Origin: Lingula anatina
Lineage: Eukaryota; Animalia; Brachiopoda
Direction: 5' to 3'
DNA: 64,000 nucleotides
Assembly: GCA_051362555.1 (NCBI GenBank)
Contig: CM120644.1
Span: 2,054,954-2,118,953, forward strand
How positions within the stretch are numbered: the first letter of the stretch is position 1; each line of letters starts with the position of its first letter. Below the pieces are notes generated by a model. It was not told the DNA's origin. It was given only the letters and a program-made list of their open reading frames with translations, and searched no databases. Made by a program: the position numbers and the translations under genes. Below are positions 14,280 to 29,100 of the stretch, piece after piece.

Positions 14280-17200
14280 AACAGGAAGGGACACACACAC
14301 ACACACACACACCCATACACACACACACAGAGGGAGATACAGAGGGAGAGAGAAGGGAAGGGACACAGATACACACACACACACACACAGAGAGGGAGAT
14401 ACAGAGGGAGAGAGAGGGGAAGGGACAAAGACAAACAGAGAGAGAGAGAGGAAGGGACACACACACACACACACACACAGAAAGATAGATGGATAGAGAG
14501 AGAGAGAGAGAAATACAGAGGGAGAGTGAGAGAGAGAGTTAAACTCTTAAAGAGGCGGCCTATTAGACGCAATGCCGATCGTAATTGCAACAACACTGTA
14601 AAATGCCGAGTTGAATCAGTTACTAAACATTTGAACAAATCCAGGCTGTTTCCTACCCACTCAGATAACGTACTCAGGTGTGTATTTGATCAAAACAAAC
14701 TCATAAAAACATCGCTTTTAAATGGGCGTATTCAACCATTGAACCCTAGGTGCCAAGGTGGCATACTGGTTTCATCTCCAAAACAACTTCACCGTACGTT
14801 TTTAAGGGGAGGGTGAACGATCTCCCCGCCTACCTTTAGCCCTCGTGTGGCTGGTATGTGCTCTCTCTTAACCTCTAGATAGCTGCAAGCCGTTTCAGTA
14901 TGTTAAAGAGAGCACATATGATCCTAGCTCTTAGAATCAAGTGGAATCGTTAACCACACACGCGTACAGAATTGGGATTTTGCTTTATATTGCTGACTTC
15001 AATTACGCGCCATTCAGGTACTTTACCAGATATGTATTTATAACAAAATACCGTGCATTGCAAAGTAGAAAGTCTTTCGACATTTTTGTGGGCTACGTTG
15101 ATTCGTTTGTTGTGGTTTTCAAGAGGTCTCATATGACTAACTGCTACTGAATGGATGTAATTTTACCTTACACGTGGTCAACCTCAGCCTACGGAAATCA
15201 ATATATAAGCATTTACCATTGCGGATGATATGTAACTTGTGTCTCTGAAATTATTTCAATTCATAGTGGGTGGTGCAGACAAGGAAATAACAGGCTTTTT
15301 GAATTAAGGCAGAGCTTGCAAATCTCATTTTTCAGAACTGTAGGGATTTTTTTGATCACGTCTTTCCTTTCAGTCAAAAGTCCTTGGTTTTCAGTCTGCC
15401 GGAGGGAGTATAGATTGTTTTATGTCTATGTACGAGATAAATATATCTTTTGAACTTTTTTTAATTTGATTAGAACCGAAAGGGTCTTCTCGAAATATAG
15501 GGTAAAAAAAAAATGAAAAGTTCACACCGGTACATACCAGTACCAGGAGTGCATTAACACTTCCTTGACATTTCATCTTGTCGTAAATAACTGCAATAAT
15601 CTGTTGGCATTATGAAGATTTAGTTGAAGCACTTTATTTATGAAAATACATTTTGATCGCTTAGACCATATTGAGCGAAACGATCGCCTACATGTACGTG
15701 CATGTGGTGGATTGATTAAGCCCACACAGAGGCGGATTTAGTGGGGGGGGGGGGGGGGGGGGGGGAGGGAGGTCCAACGATCTCCTCGTGAAATTAGAAT
15801 ATTGACTAGCTAAAATCATAGTTTATAACCGTATCTAAAAGCGTCGTTCGCCCTCTAAAATACGCCAAAAAACGGGGGGTGGCTTTGCATCCACGGACCC
15901 TCCTTCAAATAAGCCTGGATCCGCCCCTGCCCACATACACATACAGGTCTCAGCTCGTGACATCAATAAAAAAGAATAGTTAAATACTCCGGTTCCATGG
16001 TCGGGTTCCCTGAATGAATAAAAACATATGCCTATTGCTCATTCGTCTGGAAGTCTGCTTCAAGTAACGTTAATAGATTTACTGTAACATCCATATTTAA
16101 AGATAAACGATAACGACTGAACTTGTGCCCAAGAACGCATACAGTGAAGAAGGCAGCCAATAACTGATATATTTTGCAACCCACTGGTCACTGATCCATA
16201 GTGGTAAGCAGATGGCCCTTCACAAACAGAACAAACACTGACACGATGCACTCTATTACTGGTTTAAAGATAAATCATCAGGGTCTTCTCCGTTGTTAAT
16301 TTTCTGAGAATCGTTATAAAAGATGTTTAAAGTGGGAGAGCTACTGAGGCCCCTAGGTAATAAAAGCCAGGACACTGTGTTTTCTGTCTTGAAGATCCGC
16401 CATGAGATGGATGGGAGTATCTTCTAATAAAACAACAGGAAACATCCTGAATCATTCCTCAGGCGTTGACTACAGCGTACGCCCAGGTTTACAATGATGT
16501 AATATGAAGCAGCCTTTGTGGAAAATAATCATGTATGCAGTATAAGACGGCCAAACGAACATACCGGCGTTGCCACGAACGTTTCACGTATGGTTAAGTT
16601 GGTTTCAAATGCTACATTTCCGATTCTAAAAGGGAAAGCAATTGCGTCTTCAATTTTTCTGGGGTAAACGGAAATTTATTCATAATTTCCAGTGGTCAGT
16701 GAACCCGTTCCGACATTCAAAGTTAGTCGAATGTTCTATAAAGGAAGGTGCGTTTTCTTGGTATAATCTCATAAGAGATTGTTATAAAGGGTAGCCATCT
16801 GTGACGGTCCAAATTGTCCCATGACATGCAAAATTTTCTGAATAATTGCGATAACCGTGGCAAAATGGAATCTATTTTATTTCTATGTGTCGCTGTGTAT
16901 TTATTATGGAAATTGGAATCTCATATACGAGTAATTATCCCCCCTTTAAACACCCTGGATACAATGTATGTTTTTCCTTTAATATCTGCGTTCAGTGGTG
17001 TGCTGTACATGTTTACACTGATAAGCATTGCAGAAGACCTTTAGTGTGCTGGCGTGATAATATTTGCCTGCCTTAGCTTTAACTTATTTGAAGTGCACAA
17101 AGACGCAGAGTTACTCAGTTTGGTCAAGCATACCCAAATGGGGTTATTAGCAACAATTACGATGTCTTAAAACTAACCTTATAACTGACAAGTTTAAAGT

Positions 17201-18530
17201 TTGAATCTGTACCTGAGTAAATTTGAAATGGGTGGTACAGTGAATAAAATACCGAATGACGCATACACAATGAAATGACACCAGGGTACAATATAAACAT
17301 ATTAGTAGGCATCCCATGAAGCTTTTCTTTAAAACGACCCGATGCATTTCAGTTGACCAACAACCTCCTTTTGATAGAGGGTCGATGTTTGTATACAGTC
17401 GCATTATATACAAGCTACTGTAGTTCTGGTACATACTCTGAGCCTTGTGTTCCTGGGGCACACACTGCCGTTATTAATTTTGTATGTCTATTGAGGCTAA
17501 CCAGAAGAATATGTCATAATGGCAACATCAGCCCTTGCTATGATCACCTGACAAACATTCCATTTTGTATCAATTTTAACACCTAATTTTGTTGATTCCT
17601 TTTTCTTTGCTGAGTGCGTATGCAATGATGTTTGTATAATCAAGTAATTTCTCGACGACTAAATGCAAAGGTCTCCGCTGCAATTAATACTTTTCTAGGT
17701 ATTTGACTGACGCCTATCTGTTACGCCGCTCATGCTCAGTGTACACTGTAGGATATTGTCATTGGGGAATTAAGGCATCAAAAGTCTAAGACGACAGTTT
17801 TAGGGTAAATGTTTTAAAGCAAAATAACCTTTGAGGGAATAATTGAGCATTTATAACTCTGTTTGAGATCAAAACTCAATCACGAAGCACTTAAGATATT
17901 TGGAACGCTAGCTGCGTACGTATATGAGAACGCGGAATTACCGAAAGAACGGAAATTCCTTGAGCACCCTTGAAAAAACGGTCAAGTGTCAACCTTTTAT
18001 TGTAGTCGTTAACTGGTGGTGACTTGCTATAGCCTAACATTTAGAGGAAAAATTCGGTTAATGTGTTACGTTGCATCGCACTCTAATACATTATCCACTA
18101 ATAAACCCGCTTAATGACTTAAAAGCGAACTCTTAGAACTATCATCGATTCTGCCACTTTTGTTTATACCATAACCCTTTCCTTTGCTTCTGTAGCAGTG
18201 TTGTTTGTCACTTGGTTTCAAACGCATTTCAGCACTGCAGAGTTCACGCTGTATTTTTCTTTGAATTTCGTGCCCTTTACAGCTTGTCGTAGCTTCGACA
18301 TGTTACTGCCTGTGCCTTAAATTACCTTAGTTCTTTCCTACCAGTATTTCGAACAGTAACGATAATGATCGACAGTGAGCGACAACACCTGTTTAAGTTC
18401 TTTTGTGTACTTCTTGTTTGTTTGTTTGTTTGTTTGTTTGTTTGTTTCAGTAGTCACAACCTCAGCACACCACATTACTATAAAATAAAAAATAAATAAA
18501 TAAATAATAATGATAATAATAATAATGATG

Positions 18531-18595
<65 letters not shown>

Positions 18596-21237
18596 GTCGA
18601 ACGTAGTTTCATATCAAAGTAAATGTTCCGATTTTTCGTTATCAGTGAAACAAACCGTATGTCATACTGCTACAAGGAAGGCAATGGCTGGTTTCCTTGT
18701 TTTCCAGAAACATCTCAACAACATAAAGCTGTTGTACAGTGTCGGGTATGGGACGTCACTGCTGGCTCTCGTCTTAGCCTTGGTGATAATGCTACTCTTC
18801 AGGTAGGTAAACATATGGAGGTCATTGAATGAAAGGTATTTTTAACTTTGTACAAAAGACATTCACGGATTAAGCTGTAAGAAAAGTTGAAAGTGGTAAC
18901 CATTTACGATAAAGATCCCTGAAACATGCTTTTTTGACAAACATTTCCGGGAACACTTGACTACGCACGCTATTAATTTCTAAATTTAAAATATAGTTGA
19001 TTATTTGTAAACATCTGATTAACTTGGAAATTTAGCCTTTTCCCTAATATTATATTATATTATATTATATTATATTATATTATATTATATTATATTATAT
19101 TATATTATATTATATTATATTATATTATATTATATTATACAATCATTGACTTAAATTAACGTCGGTCAACTATCCCAGCTGCGGGTTAGTACATTTCAGC
19201 GGTGATCTCATCCAAAGTCAATATTAACATAACGTCGTAACATATATTATATATTACATTTATAATCTATCTTAGACGCCTGCATTCTCCCCGGAACGCC
19301 ATCCACTGCAACCTGTTCCTGTCGTTTGCACTAAGAGCTGGGTTGGCGTTGCTGAAGGACAAGGTACTCCTGGGAGACCTGGGACTGCCCCAGGACGTCA
19401 CCGAACTATCCAATGGGAAATATGAGTTCATTCCACAGGGACCGGTGAGTACACCATTGAACTACCCAATGGGAATATGAGTTAAATCCACAGGGACCGG
19501 TGAGTACACCATTGAACTACCCAATGGGAAATATGAGTTCATTCCACAGGGACCGGTGAGTACACCATTGAACTACCCAATGGGAATATGAGTTAAATCC
19601 ACAGGGACCGGTGAGTACACCATTGAACTACCCAATGGGAAATATGAGTTAAATCCACAGGGACCGGTGAGTACACCATTGAACTACCCAAAGGGAAATA
19701 TGAGTTAAATCCACAGGGACCGGTGAGTACACCATTGAACTACCCAATGGGAAATATGAGTTCATTCCGCAGGGACCGGTGAGTACACCATTGAAATCAG
19801 CAGCGATAGAGTATTTTACGTCCATCCTTTTGAAACCATTACATGTATTACCGTGTGGTAAATAAAATACCAACATGTTGAAATGGCATGCATGCAAAAC
19901 ACGTTGAAAGAAAGACAAAACGCTGATTATATCTTTCGTTTCCTTAAAAATGGACATTGTTATTTTTATTAGGCATTTTAATTTAAAAATAGCATATTTC
20001 TTTTCAAAATACAGTAATCGGCAGAGGACAACATCAAGCCGATAAATACATGCATATGCGAGTCACATCTCACCCACTATACTAATTTGATAAATGAATT
20101 TCAGACCCAATACACCAATGCACTGACGTTAGTACTGTCTTGTATAAAGTACAAGTCAACTGGCTTGATTAGTACTCCGGGTTTTGGACTAGACTGGAAC
20201 TCAAAGTAAAAATGACAGCAATGTCAGCTTCTGTCAGATGTTACGTCTTTTAAGCAACCGTTTGCAATAAGATAGAGACTAACGTAGGTGGCGACCTAAT
20301 CAAAATTCACTACCAGTGCTGTACATAGTACCGTGCTTTCCTATCAGTATCAATCTCTAGGCGATCATGCGATTACGACCAGAGCGTGAACGACAGGGAG
20401 TTCAGGAAAACGCGATAATTATCGTATTACAGCAAGAAAAGCTCTGGTTGATATTTCTAAAGGACTTACTTAGACCGTCGCGTGTTAAGAAGATTGGGGA
20501 GTCTGTCCAACATCAGGTTTGAACATATAGCATCATATTGGATAATGTGACATTGAAGCAAATGTGGCTTTAAAGGTACCAGTGTACTATATGCCCGATT
20601 GAAAAATGCCCCAAAGTCATATTATGATCTTAAACCCTTGTAGAACTACTTATCTTTCCTAATTCAGCCCTTGAAGTTATAAGACTCCTGGAATAAAGTA
20701 CCTGAGGTCGATGTTTCCTTTTGACATTTGTATCTTCAAGTCTGGTCATACATTATAAGAACTTAAGCATTTAATTGGAAATGACATAAATAATCGATTA
20801 AAAGTGGAGTGACGGATAGAGCAGTAGTACTTGCGTAAGCGAGAGGAATTGGCTAATTTTCTCGAGGGAAATTAGCCTTAAAGAAAATCTTGAATATGAT
20901 ACCTTTAACCAAAAAAATCTGCTTGCGTTCATTCATCCGCACAGAGAGATGGTTAGCGTTTAACCGCGGGTTCTATTTTGTAAAAATAAAATGCGCATCA
21001 GGTTACCCGATGAATGGATTTCACTTGTATCTGGAGATAAAAAACAGGTTCCCGGAGCACGCAAAGTGTGAATTGAAGCCTGAGGAATCTGTGGTTTTTA
21101 TTTCTACTAATTCACTCGGAATGAGGTTTCTGTTTACTGTAACGATTAGAATAAATGGCGATAGATTAGCTTTCTAGCTTGCAATATTTTGTTCGTTGCT
21201 TTGGCGAATTTTTTTAATCTAAGAGATTCATATTAGA

Positions 21238-21308
<71 letters not shown>

Positions 21309-24300
21309 CATTTTAATTTTACTGTAATGCATTTTTAAATAGATTCCAAGCGAGTAACAAGATTTGGAAGTGCATGTGTATGGAGTCTCTGAATTATTGT
21401 TTGAAAACGGACCGGTTATAGAAAGTCAACGCAGACATACAATCAGACCATGCGTTATCTATCCTCCCCTACCAAAAGTGTAACCCCTAACGCAATGCGT
21501 AAAGTGATACAGAAAATCATTTAATCCACCAAGGTTCTTGGTTCAACTTCTAAAAGGATTTTTTCATGAAAATTACTAATTGTACTACCAGTGAAGAAAC
21601 GAACCATATTAAAAATCAAAGCCGAATTTTAATGTTTTACAGTATTCTCTGGATTGGAGGACGCACCTGTCGCGTCTGTGCGTGGATTCAAAAAGTTTGG
21701 TAGCGCAGTGATGTGCAGTGATGGCGTCCCATACTTTGCAAAGATAGAATGAGATCATTTTTGTTTGCAGAATTACCCTCCAGTTATTTATTTCTAAGGA
21801 TATCCTATGCATTCGTAATGAGGTGTTGATCTCTGGAATGAGCTAACCATGGAGGGGGGGGGGGGGGGTCTGGATCTGGTTCGCACATAACCAGCCTACT
21901 GTTGCATTGGATGTACGTGGAGTTGCATTCCATGCTAAAAATAAATAGGTGATCATGGATTCCAGAGATATTCTCTACATTATAACTTAACAAAAGTTAA
22001 GTTTCCTTTCCATGGTAAGGTTCGCAGAAAATAGAAAATACACTTGAAACCTATCACCAGCTGTTCTCAAAACCCTTACGCGTCCTTAAATTCTGAGAAT
22101 TATATCAATGCCCAGTATTGGCTGGTGTCCATGCCAGATATCCGGTGTACCATCTGCCACGAAATAAACGGTTCCTGGTGGGGATCTCTGCCAAAAATGG
22201 CGATTGTACAGACAGGGTAAGCACAGAAACTTGGTTTGCTCTGTTCTAGTGCAATGTTGTAGTCAAGTTCCTAAATGTCGTGAAACGTTTTCTACGAAGA
22301 AGACTTATTAACATTCTCTCATCTCTGGGTGTGGTTTCCTTCGGTTGACCTTACCCAGGCAGTCTTGCCAATGTGCCTGTTTGGTTATGATATCTAACCC
22401 TTTCAATGGTTGTCTAGGAACAACCAAACCTCCTTGCAAATCGGAGGGTCAAAACACCCTCCTACCCCTGTATGTCAACTGCTTGGTAAAAAAAAAATGT
22501 ATCCCTCTCACTTAGGAGCTGCATATTAAAAACATTTGGTTTTGGAGTATTTCAATGGTTACTCTAAGTAGGTCAGTGCTCTACTACTCACATGCACAAT
22601 TTACATGATGGTCGATTGCATATTTGTTATGTAATAGTAAAACTAAAATTATGGATACCTCTCTGTACACAATGTACATAATTGAGGTACGGGTGACATA
22701 TCTTTGGTAGGGTAGTATATAAGTATCTCCAAAGCCGTGCATTCAATAACTGATGCAGTAACCCGCAAGAAAATGCAGTAGTATCGAAGTAGCAAAGAAG
22801 CATTAACGCAGTAGTGGTGTGGAGTATATTTGCAGTAGAAATGCAGTATAGCCTACTACAATTCTACTTCAAAAATAACATAGGGTTGTACAGAGGAGGA
22901 GCATAAATGCAGTAGATTAGCAGCATGATAGAAGCATGTTTCAAATATGCTAATTAGCTCCCACATCGAAGCACATTTGAAGCATGTTTGCAGTATGATT
23001 GCAGTAGTCTACTGCGCTGGAGTATCTACTTCGTTTTCGTGCGGGTAAGTCATGCGTATGGTATAAGAAAACGGCGTATGGACGGCTATTTGCAGTTTAA
23101 TGTACAGTGAAATCATAATAATTAAATTAACAATTATAGGCGGATTCTTTCTGATATGTCATTTCATTTTTTCACCCTTTCAGCACTGGGAATGCAAGCT
23201 TCTCTTCACAATATTCCATTACGTCATAGGAGCCAACTACACCTGGATTCTTATGGAGGGTGTCTATCTCCACATGATCATCTTTGTCAGCGTCTGCTCT
23301 GAAAAAGAAGTCATTAAGTGGTATATGCTGTGTGGATGGAGTAAGTATTAGATGGTACAATATAACAAAAGGATAACAACTGTTCATTTTTGGCCAAAAA
23401 ATGAATTTTCCTGGGGTTAACGGCAATTTTCCCAAGAAATTAATACGACCGTGTGCAGGATGGGTACAGTCAGACATTTTTTTTTGTTTTTGCTTTTAAA
23501 CTTTTTGCATAAAAGGCATTTATAGATGGGGGAGGGAAGCAAATTTCAAATAGAAAACACAATGTGGTCACTAGTAGTTTGTTCCTACAGCGACCTTTGC
23601 CCTGTGGGTCTTTCTCTGTGAATACAATCATTGGGTTTCTTATTGTTGAGCCAGTACAGGTTAATAGTTCAATCTTGAGTCTCAATCCCATGGTTGCTAG
23701 GGTATTGCGATATTCCTCACGTCGGTCAGTTGGTCAACCTCCCACGTGCGTGGTCGATATGATGGCCCTTGAAGCCCGAAACCAATAAACGGGTTTATTC
23801 GAACGCCGTCTTCCTAAACGGATAATTGCTATCGATAGACAGGAAGGGGATATTACTGTTATGTAACTGATCTGTCTCGCGGTCAATTCAGGTGACGTGA
23901 TACTAACTGGTTATATCCTATAGCACTTACCAGACAATAGCAGAGCCAGGGACACGTACCGAACAGGAATTTTACTCAACAACATCTGGATTTAAACATA
24001 ATTTTAGACAACCTTATAAATAATAAATCAACTGTGCTATATTCACTGTTTTCGGATAATACAATGACATTTTAAACATATTCTAAGGCGAGACATATAC
24101 CGGTATTAAATACTGCAATGCGCCTTACAAAATACATTTAGAGGTGTGAACTATCGAGCGAGTCTGGTGTCCATATCGGCCTAACAATACTTGGAACTTG
24201 ACGTAGCTAGATTGCCTTTGTCACAGTGACTGTAAGAACCATGATGTGTGCAGTTCATGTTTAAAATCACTTTACTAGGGCCGTCTTTTAATTTTAGCAA

Positions 24301-25530
24301 CATTACTACATATGGATATAAGGATTGACATTTAAATATACGAATATAATATCGTAGCACGTTGTATTTATGGTGAAAAGTGCCGTATTGATTTGTTAGG
24401 AGAATGAAGTTTACGCCTCGTGGATATTAATGTTTATTCGGACTTAAGAGGCTTAAGAGGAAAAACGCATCCTTTTTCTTTTTATGCTCATTCCTATTAC
24501 CCTAGGTTCTAGATTCCGGTATTGCCAGCTCGATCTTGATTTCATATATAACCCATAGTAGCAATACCAGACTCTAGCGAACAGTGGCAACTCGGGGGCG
24601 TTCTTCTTCAAAATTCTGCCTGGGGCGCTTCCATATTTGGAAGTCACATGTCACAGCTGTGTCCGCCTGGATCCATATTTGGAAGTCATAAGTCTCGTAC
24701 GTCACAGGTTTGGCCGCCTGGAGCTGCCTTTCCCGCCTTGCGCTGAAGTCTCGTGCAGGCGAGACAAGAAGCAATTAAAGTGCCTGACGCGGAGTTAGAA
24801 GTTTGAAATGAAAATATCTTGCAGTCGAAGGTCAGTGCCACAATACAAGCAACATTCTGCTGTAAAAACTTATTTTCGTGTAGCCATTGCGCAGCCCTTA
24901 TAGTGGTATCGGGCATACAGTGTAGCTGTCAAATTTGGCACACGGCAAGTACATGTATTGTGCATGTGTATATCTCAGGACTTAATGCTTTGATAAGCAA
25001 AAAATACAAAAACATTGGATATATCTTTTCTTTCCGAAGAATATTATTTATTTTTTCACTTTACATCTTAAATACAGCAAATAAAATTAAATAAAGCAGA
25101 ATTAAAATTGTTTTACGTTTTATTTTGGTCTGATGACATTCAACTGCATTTTCACTGCGGAGCAGTTCTATTTGATTGATGGAAAACTTTCATGGCCGCT
25201 GGTCTTCAGAGTTAGTAAAAGCGACTCCACCACAAGGTATATTTAGCAAGCTAGCTTTTACGTTGCTCTGACACTCAGGGTAATTCCTATACATTATATC
25301 TCATTTCCGGTGTTTTGCATTTTAATCGTTCTTTTTTCATTTCAGCCTGCCCTCTGGTATTTATAATCCCATGGATAGTTCTGAAGGCAACGTTTGATGA
25401 TATATAGTACGTATTAATACGTCTTTAATGTATGTTACCTAAAGGTAAATTGTTTTATATATCTCTGTGTGTGCGTGCATGTATGTGTGTGTGTGTGCGT
25501 GTCTGTATACATGTATGTGTGCATGTGTTC

Positions 25531-25562
<32 letters not shown>

Positions 25563-26088
25563 CGTGTGTGCCTGTGGATCGCGTTTTAACCGTTCACTGA
25601 GTGCTACATCATTTAGATCGTTTAATACTCCGTCATATTATTCACCAAAGTCACCATGCTGCTAAAATCAACCCTCGCAGCCTAAACGTTGTACAGCAGA
25701 GAAGATTGCAACAAAACTGAAGCAACTGTTGTGTGGGAAATATCATCCGTCAGTCAAATGAAAGGCAGCAGAAAAGTGGTTTATTATAGCAATGGCTAAT
25801 TAATATGTTCCCCCCCAGATCCAGACAACTGCGACGTGACCTTGAAGTGAAGCATTATAGATTAAGTTACACTTGTTGGGTTTCCAGAGACGGATGGCAA
25901 TTGACATTTGGCGCAACAAAGGATTTCTTAAATCATTTGACTTATTTTTGCTAGTCCTTTGTAAAGATTCCCTTTCCTAATACGCGACAGTTAGCATGGT
26001 GAGGTCAGGGGGATTAGAATCGATACTGCTATTTATATGTCGTCTTTCTCTAGCTTTCTCTCTATCTCTCTCACCTACCTACATACAT

Positions 26089-26144
<56 letters not shown>

Positions 26145-29100
26145 TACACACACACAGACAGACACTCACCCTTCTGCAAACAGAGCCAAGAAAAGATATG
26201 ATAAACATCAACAACAACAGCATTTGCTGTGGACTATGATATTACGTACTGTAATAAAACAACCCACTGCATCAGCACCAATGGCATTTGCCTTAAAGTC
26301 TGCTGATAGCAATTCGAAGCTGAATGTATGAGTGAAAACGATCCTTACTGCATACCAATAACTTCCTTTACCAGTTTTAGCTCCGCGTTAAACTGGCTTT
26401 TGGAGGAGGGGGGAGGCCAGCCCAAATTTTATGAACAAAATATCGGTAAAGTTTTGTACTCTTTAGCTTTGCGTAAACATTTCGTTGCCTTGAAAACGAG
26501 ACAGAAATTTCTACTTTTTATTCTCGATAAAAAATAAATATATAGCCAAGCCAAAAATTTAAAAGATGGCTAATATATCCGGCAAATATCGAGGGAGTTG
26601 AACCTCAGAAGAAATACGTTGAGATATTAAAGTGTATTGTTTGTGAGAAAGAAAAGAATGTCAGGGTTTTCAACGAGCGCAACGTACATTCTTCTTGGGA
26701 GTTCAACCCCCTTGAGTATGACCATTTAAAAACACAGCTTTTGATCGATAAAGTTTCAAATGCATGTCAATCTATTCGTTTTGAAGGGATAACGATTATC
26801 AGCACTGACGCATCACTTCACTTGTAGCGTAAAATAACGTGTACATACGCTTAATTGCCACTATACGACCAGTGGAGCGTATAGAAGTGTTTTCTTTAAA
26901 TCAGTTCAGCATGTTTCTTAATTGAAAAAGCCAAGAGAAACTTTTGAGCGTAACTCATTACCTTCCGTTACCCGTTGGCTCTAAATTAGCAATTGATGAA
27001 CAAAACAAGGCATTGAGTCCAGATCTATTTATTGCGCGTGAATGCATGGTCGCGTTTTGGCTTTTGGTCGGTGTTCTGGTCTTGATGCACAATGGGAAAT
27101 GACGCGCGAGATCGACCGTCCGTACACAAAGCGCATCCAGAACGCTTGTTTTTCAAGGAATTTCAAAGAGCCTTCTTTATTTACACGCCGGTGACTTCAA
27201 ATGTTTTCTAATTCATTCGATTATTATTTTTGCAATATTTTGGTGTTTGCATGTCCATAATCTAGATTCCATCAATCGATTTATGTCCTTGTGGGAGGAA
27301 AGTTTTCGCGTATCTGTTTCCATGCTTAATGCAATGAAAATAACATGGGGAATGTTTTCTGTATAACTAATTTGTCAAACAAGAATCCCATGTGCTCCAC
27401 TTCGATACTTTGTAGAATTCAGTGGATAGTTAATTAGGCAATACTTGTTTTTGGCGAATAAGCTGAATATCTCTAAGGAAGAGGAATGATAAAAACAAAG
27501 TTAATTTATATTGTCTGAGAAGAAAGATACACGCAGATGTAATGTGCTTATTTCGTTTCAGTTGTTGGAATACTCAGACTAATAAACACTTCGCCTGGTT
27601 GCTGCGGGGACCGAATATCGTGATGTGCCTAGTAAGTCGCACGTGCGTACATGCTTGAGCACGAGCACACATGCGTTCACAAAAATACATATACGATCTC
27701 TTTACACGCACATTAATATGCTCATATATACTTACATGCGCACATGCATACATACATATATGCATACACACATAAACGCACACCACACATCTCCAATTCG
27801 TTAGGAACACGTTCTTCTGTGTCAGAATCCCAGAATTACATGTAAGAGACTCACCCAATAGACACATACGCATGCGGTGACACACGCTTCCTTAAATCGA
27901 TTTTCCGAACAGTTTTATAACTGGGAAAGAAGTAAATTAATAGACGAGTAGTAGATGATTTAAGTATGCAAATGAAATATCACCTCTCATTTTAAACATA
28001 TCTGGTTTGTTTTTTTAGATCAACTTCGCTATATTTGTGAATATAGTGCGAGTCCTCTGCGCCAAGCTAAAGGCAGGCACGTCACAGCAGGCAAAGAGAA
28101 ACAGATATAAGTGAGTTGATTCAAGTTTTCTGCGATAATCATTTCTCATTTCCCTCTTATCCACATATAAATCTTTCCTGTTGGAAATGCCTAGGATAAG
28201 TTTGGTTTTGTCAAACTATTTTTTTCAATCATTTCCTGCTGTGTATATGATTAAAATTGCATTCCATGAGCTCAGTTACGCCGATCTTGCCAACTGTGTT
28301 CTGTTAATTCTTCAGGAAATTGGCCAGAACCACCCTGGTGCTCATACCGTTGTTCGGGGTACATTATGTGCTGTTTGTCAGCTTTAACTTCATCGACAAA
28401 CACCTTGATCAGAGGGTGGAGGTGGCCTATCTTTACCTGGAGATGTTCTTCACGTCATTTCTGGTAAGATATCACAAGCTCTTTCATCATTACTGATGAC
28501 AGTTGGATGCGTTTCAGTCTCACCTATCGCATTTGAGCATTCAACAAGTCCACAGCCAATATAACGCGTTATCTTGCTAGCTTCAGAGCTTAGTGATGTA
28601 AACTTAGGCATTAACGTGCTCTAAATCAGCTTAATCATTCTCGATTTTTAATTTTATTTTGATATTAATTTTATTCCAGGGGTTTGTGGTGGCCCTGTTG
28701 TTCTGTTTCTTGAACAATGAGGTCCAGAACGAGCTGCGCAGAGCCTGGGAGCGCCTGAAAGCGTGGGGCATAGAGAGGCGATCAACACGGCACATTCCAT
28801 CAGGCATGTCCATCGTAGTGGTCAGCAAACACAAGCCTGCTTCATGGAAACATCATCCACACCCTGGAGATATTATTCCGAAAAAGGAAGCACATTTCCA
28901 TCCAGATATAGTTAATAAAGAAGCAGATTTTAATTCCGATTTTGGAAGTAATGATCTTATCAGTGGAGAGAACACGCAGCAGATGATCAATTCTAAATAT
29001 CGTCCGACTCGAAAGGGTTCCCCTCACGGGAGAAAGAGGTGCGTAATAAACGCCAGTTATAGAACATCGACCAGTAGTAGCCACAGTTATAAGAGCAGGA

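Noticed and set aside
14097-14816. ORFs rich in ER/TH/CV/SL
   Set aside because: Translations of GA/CA microsatellites
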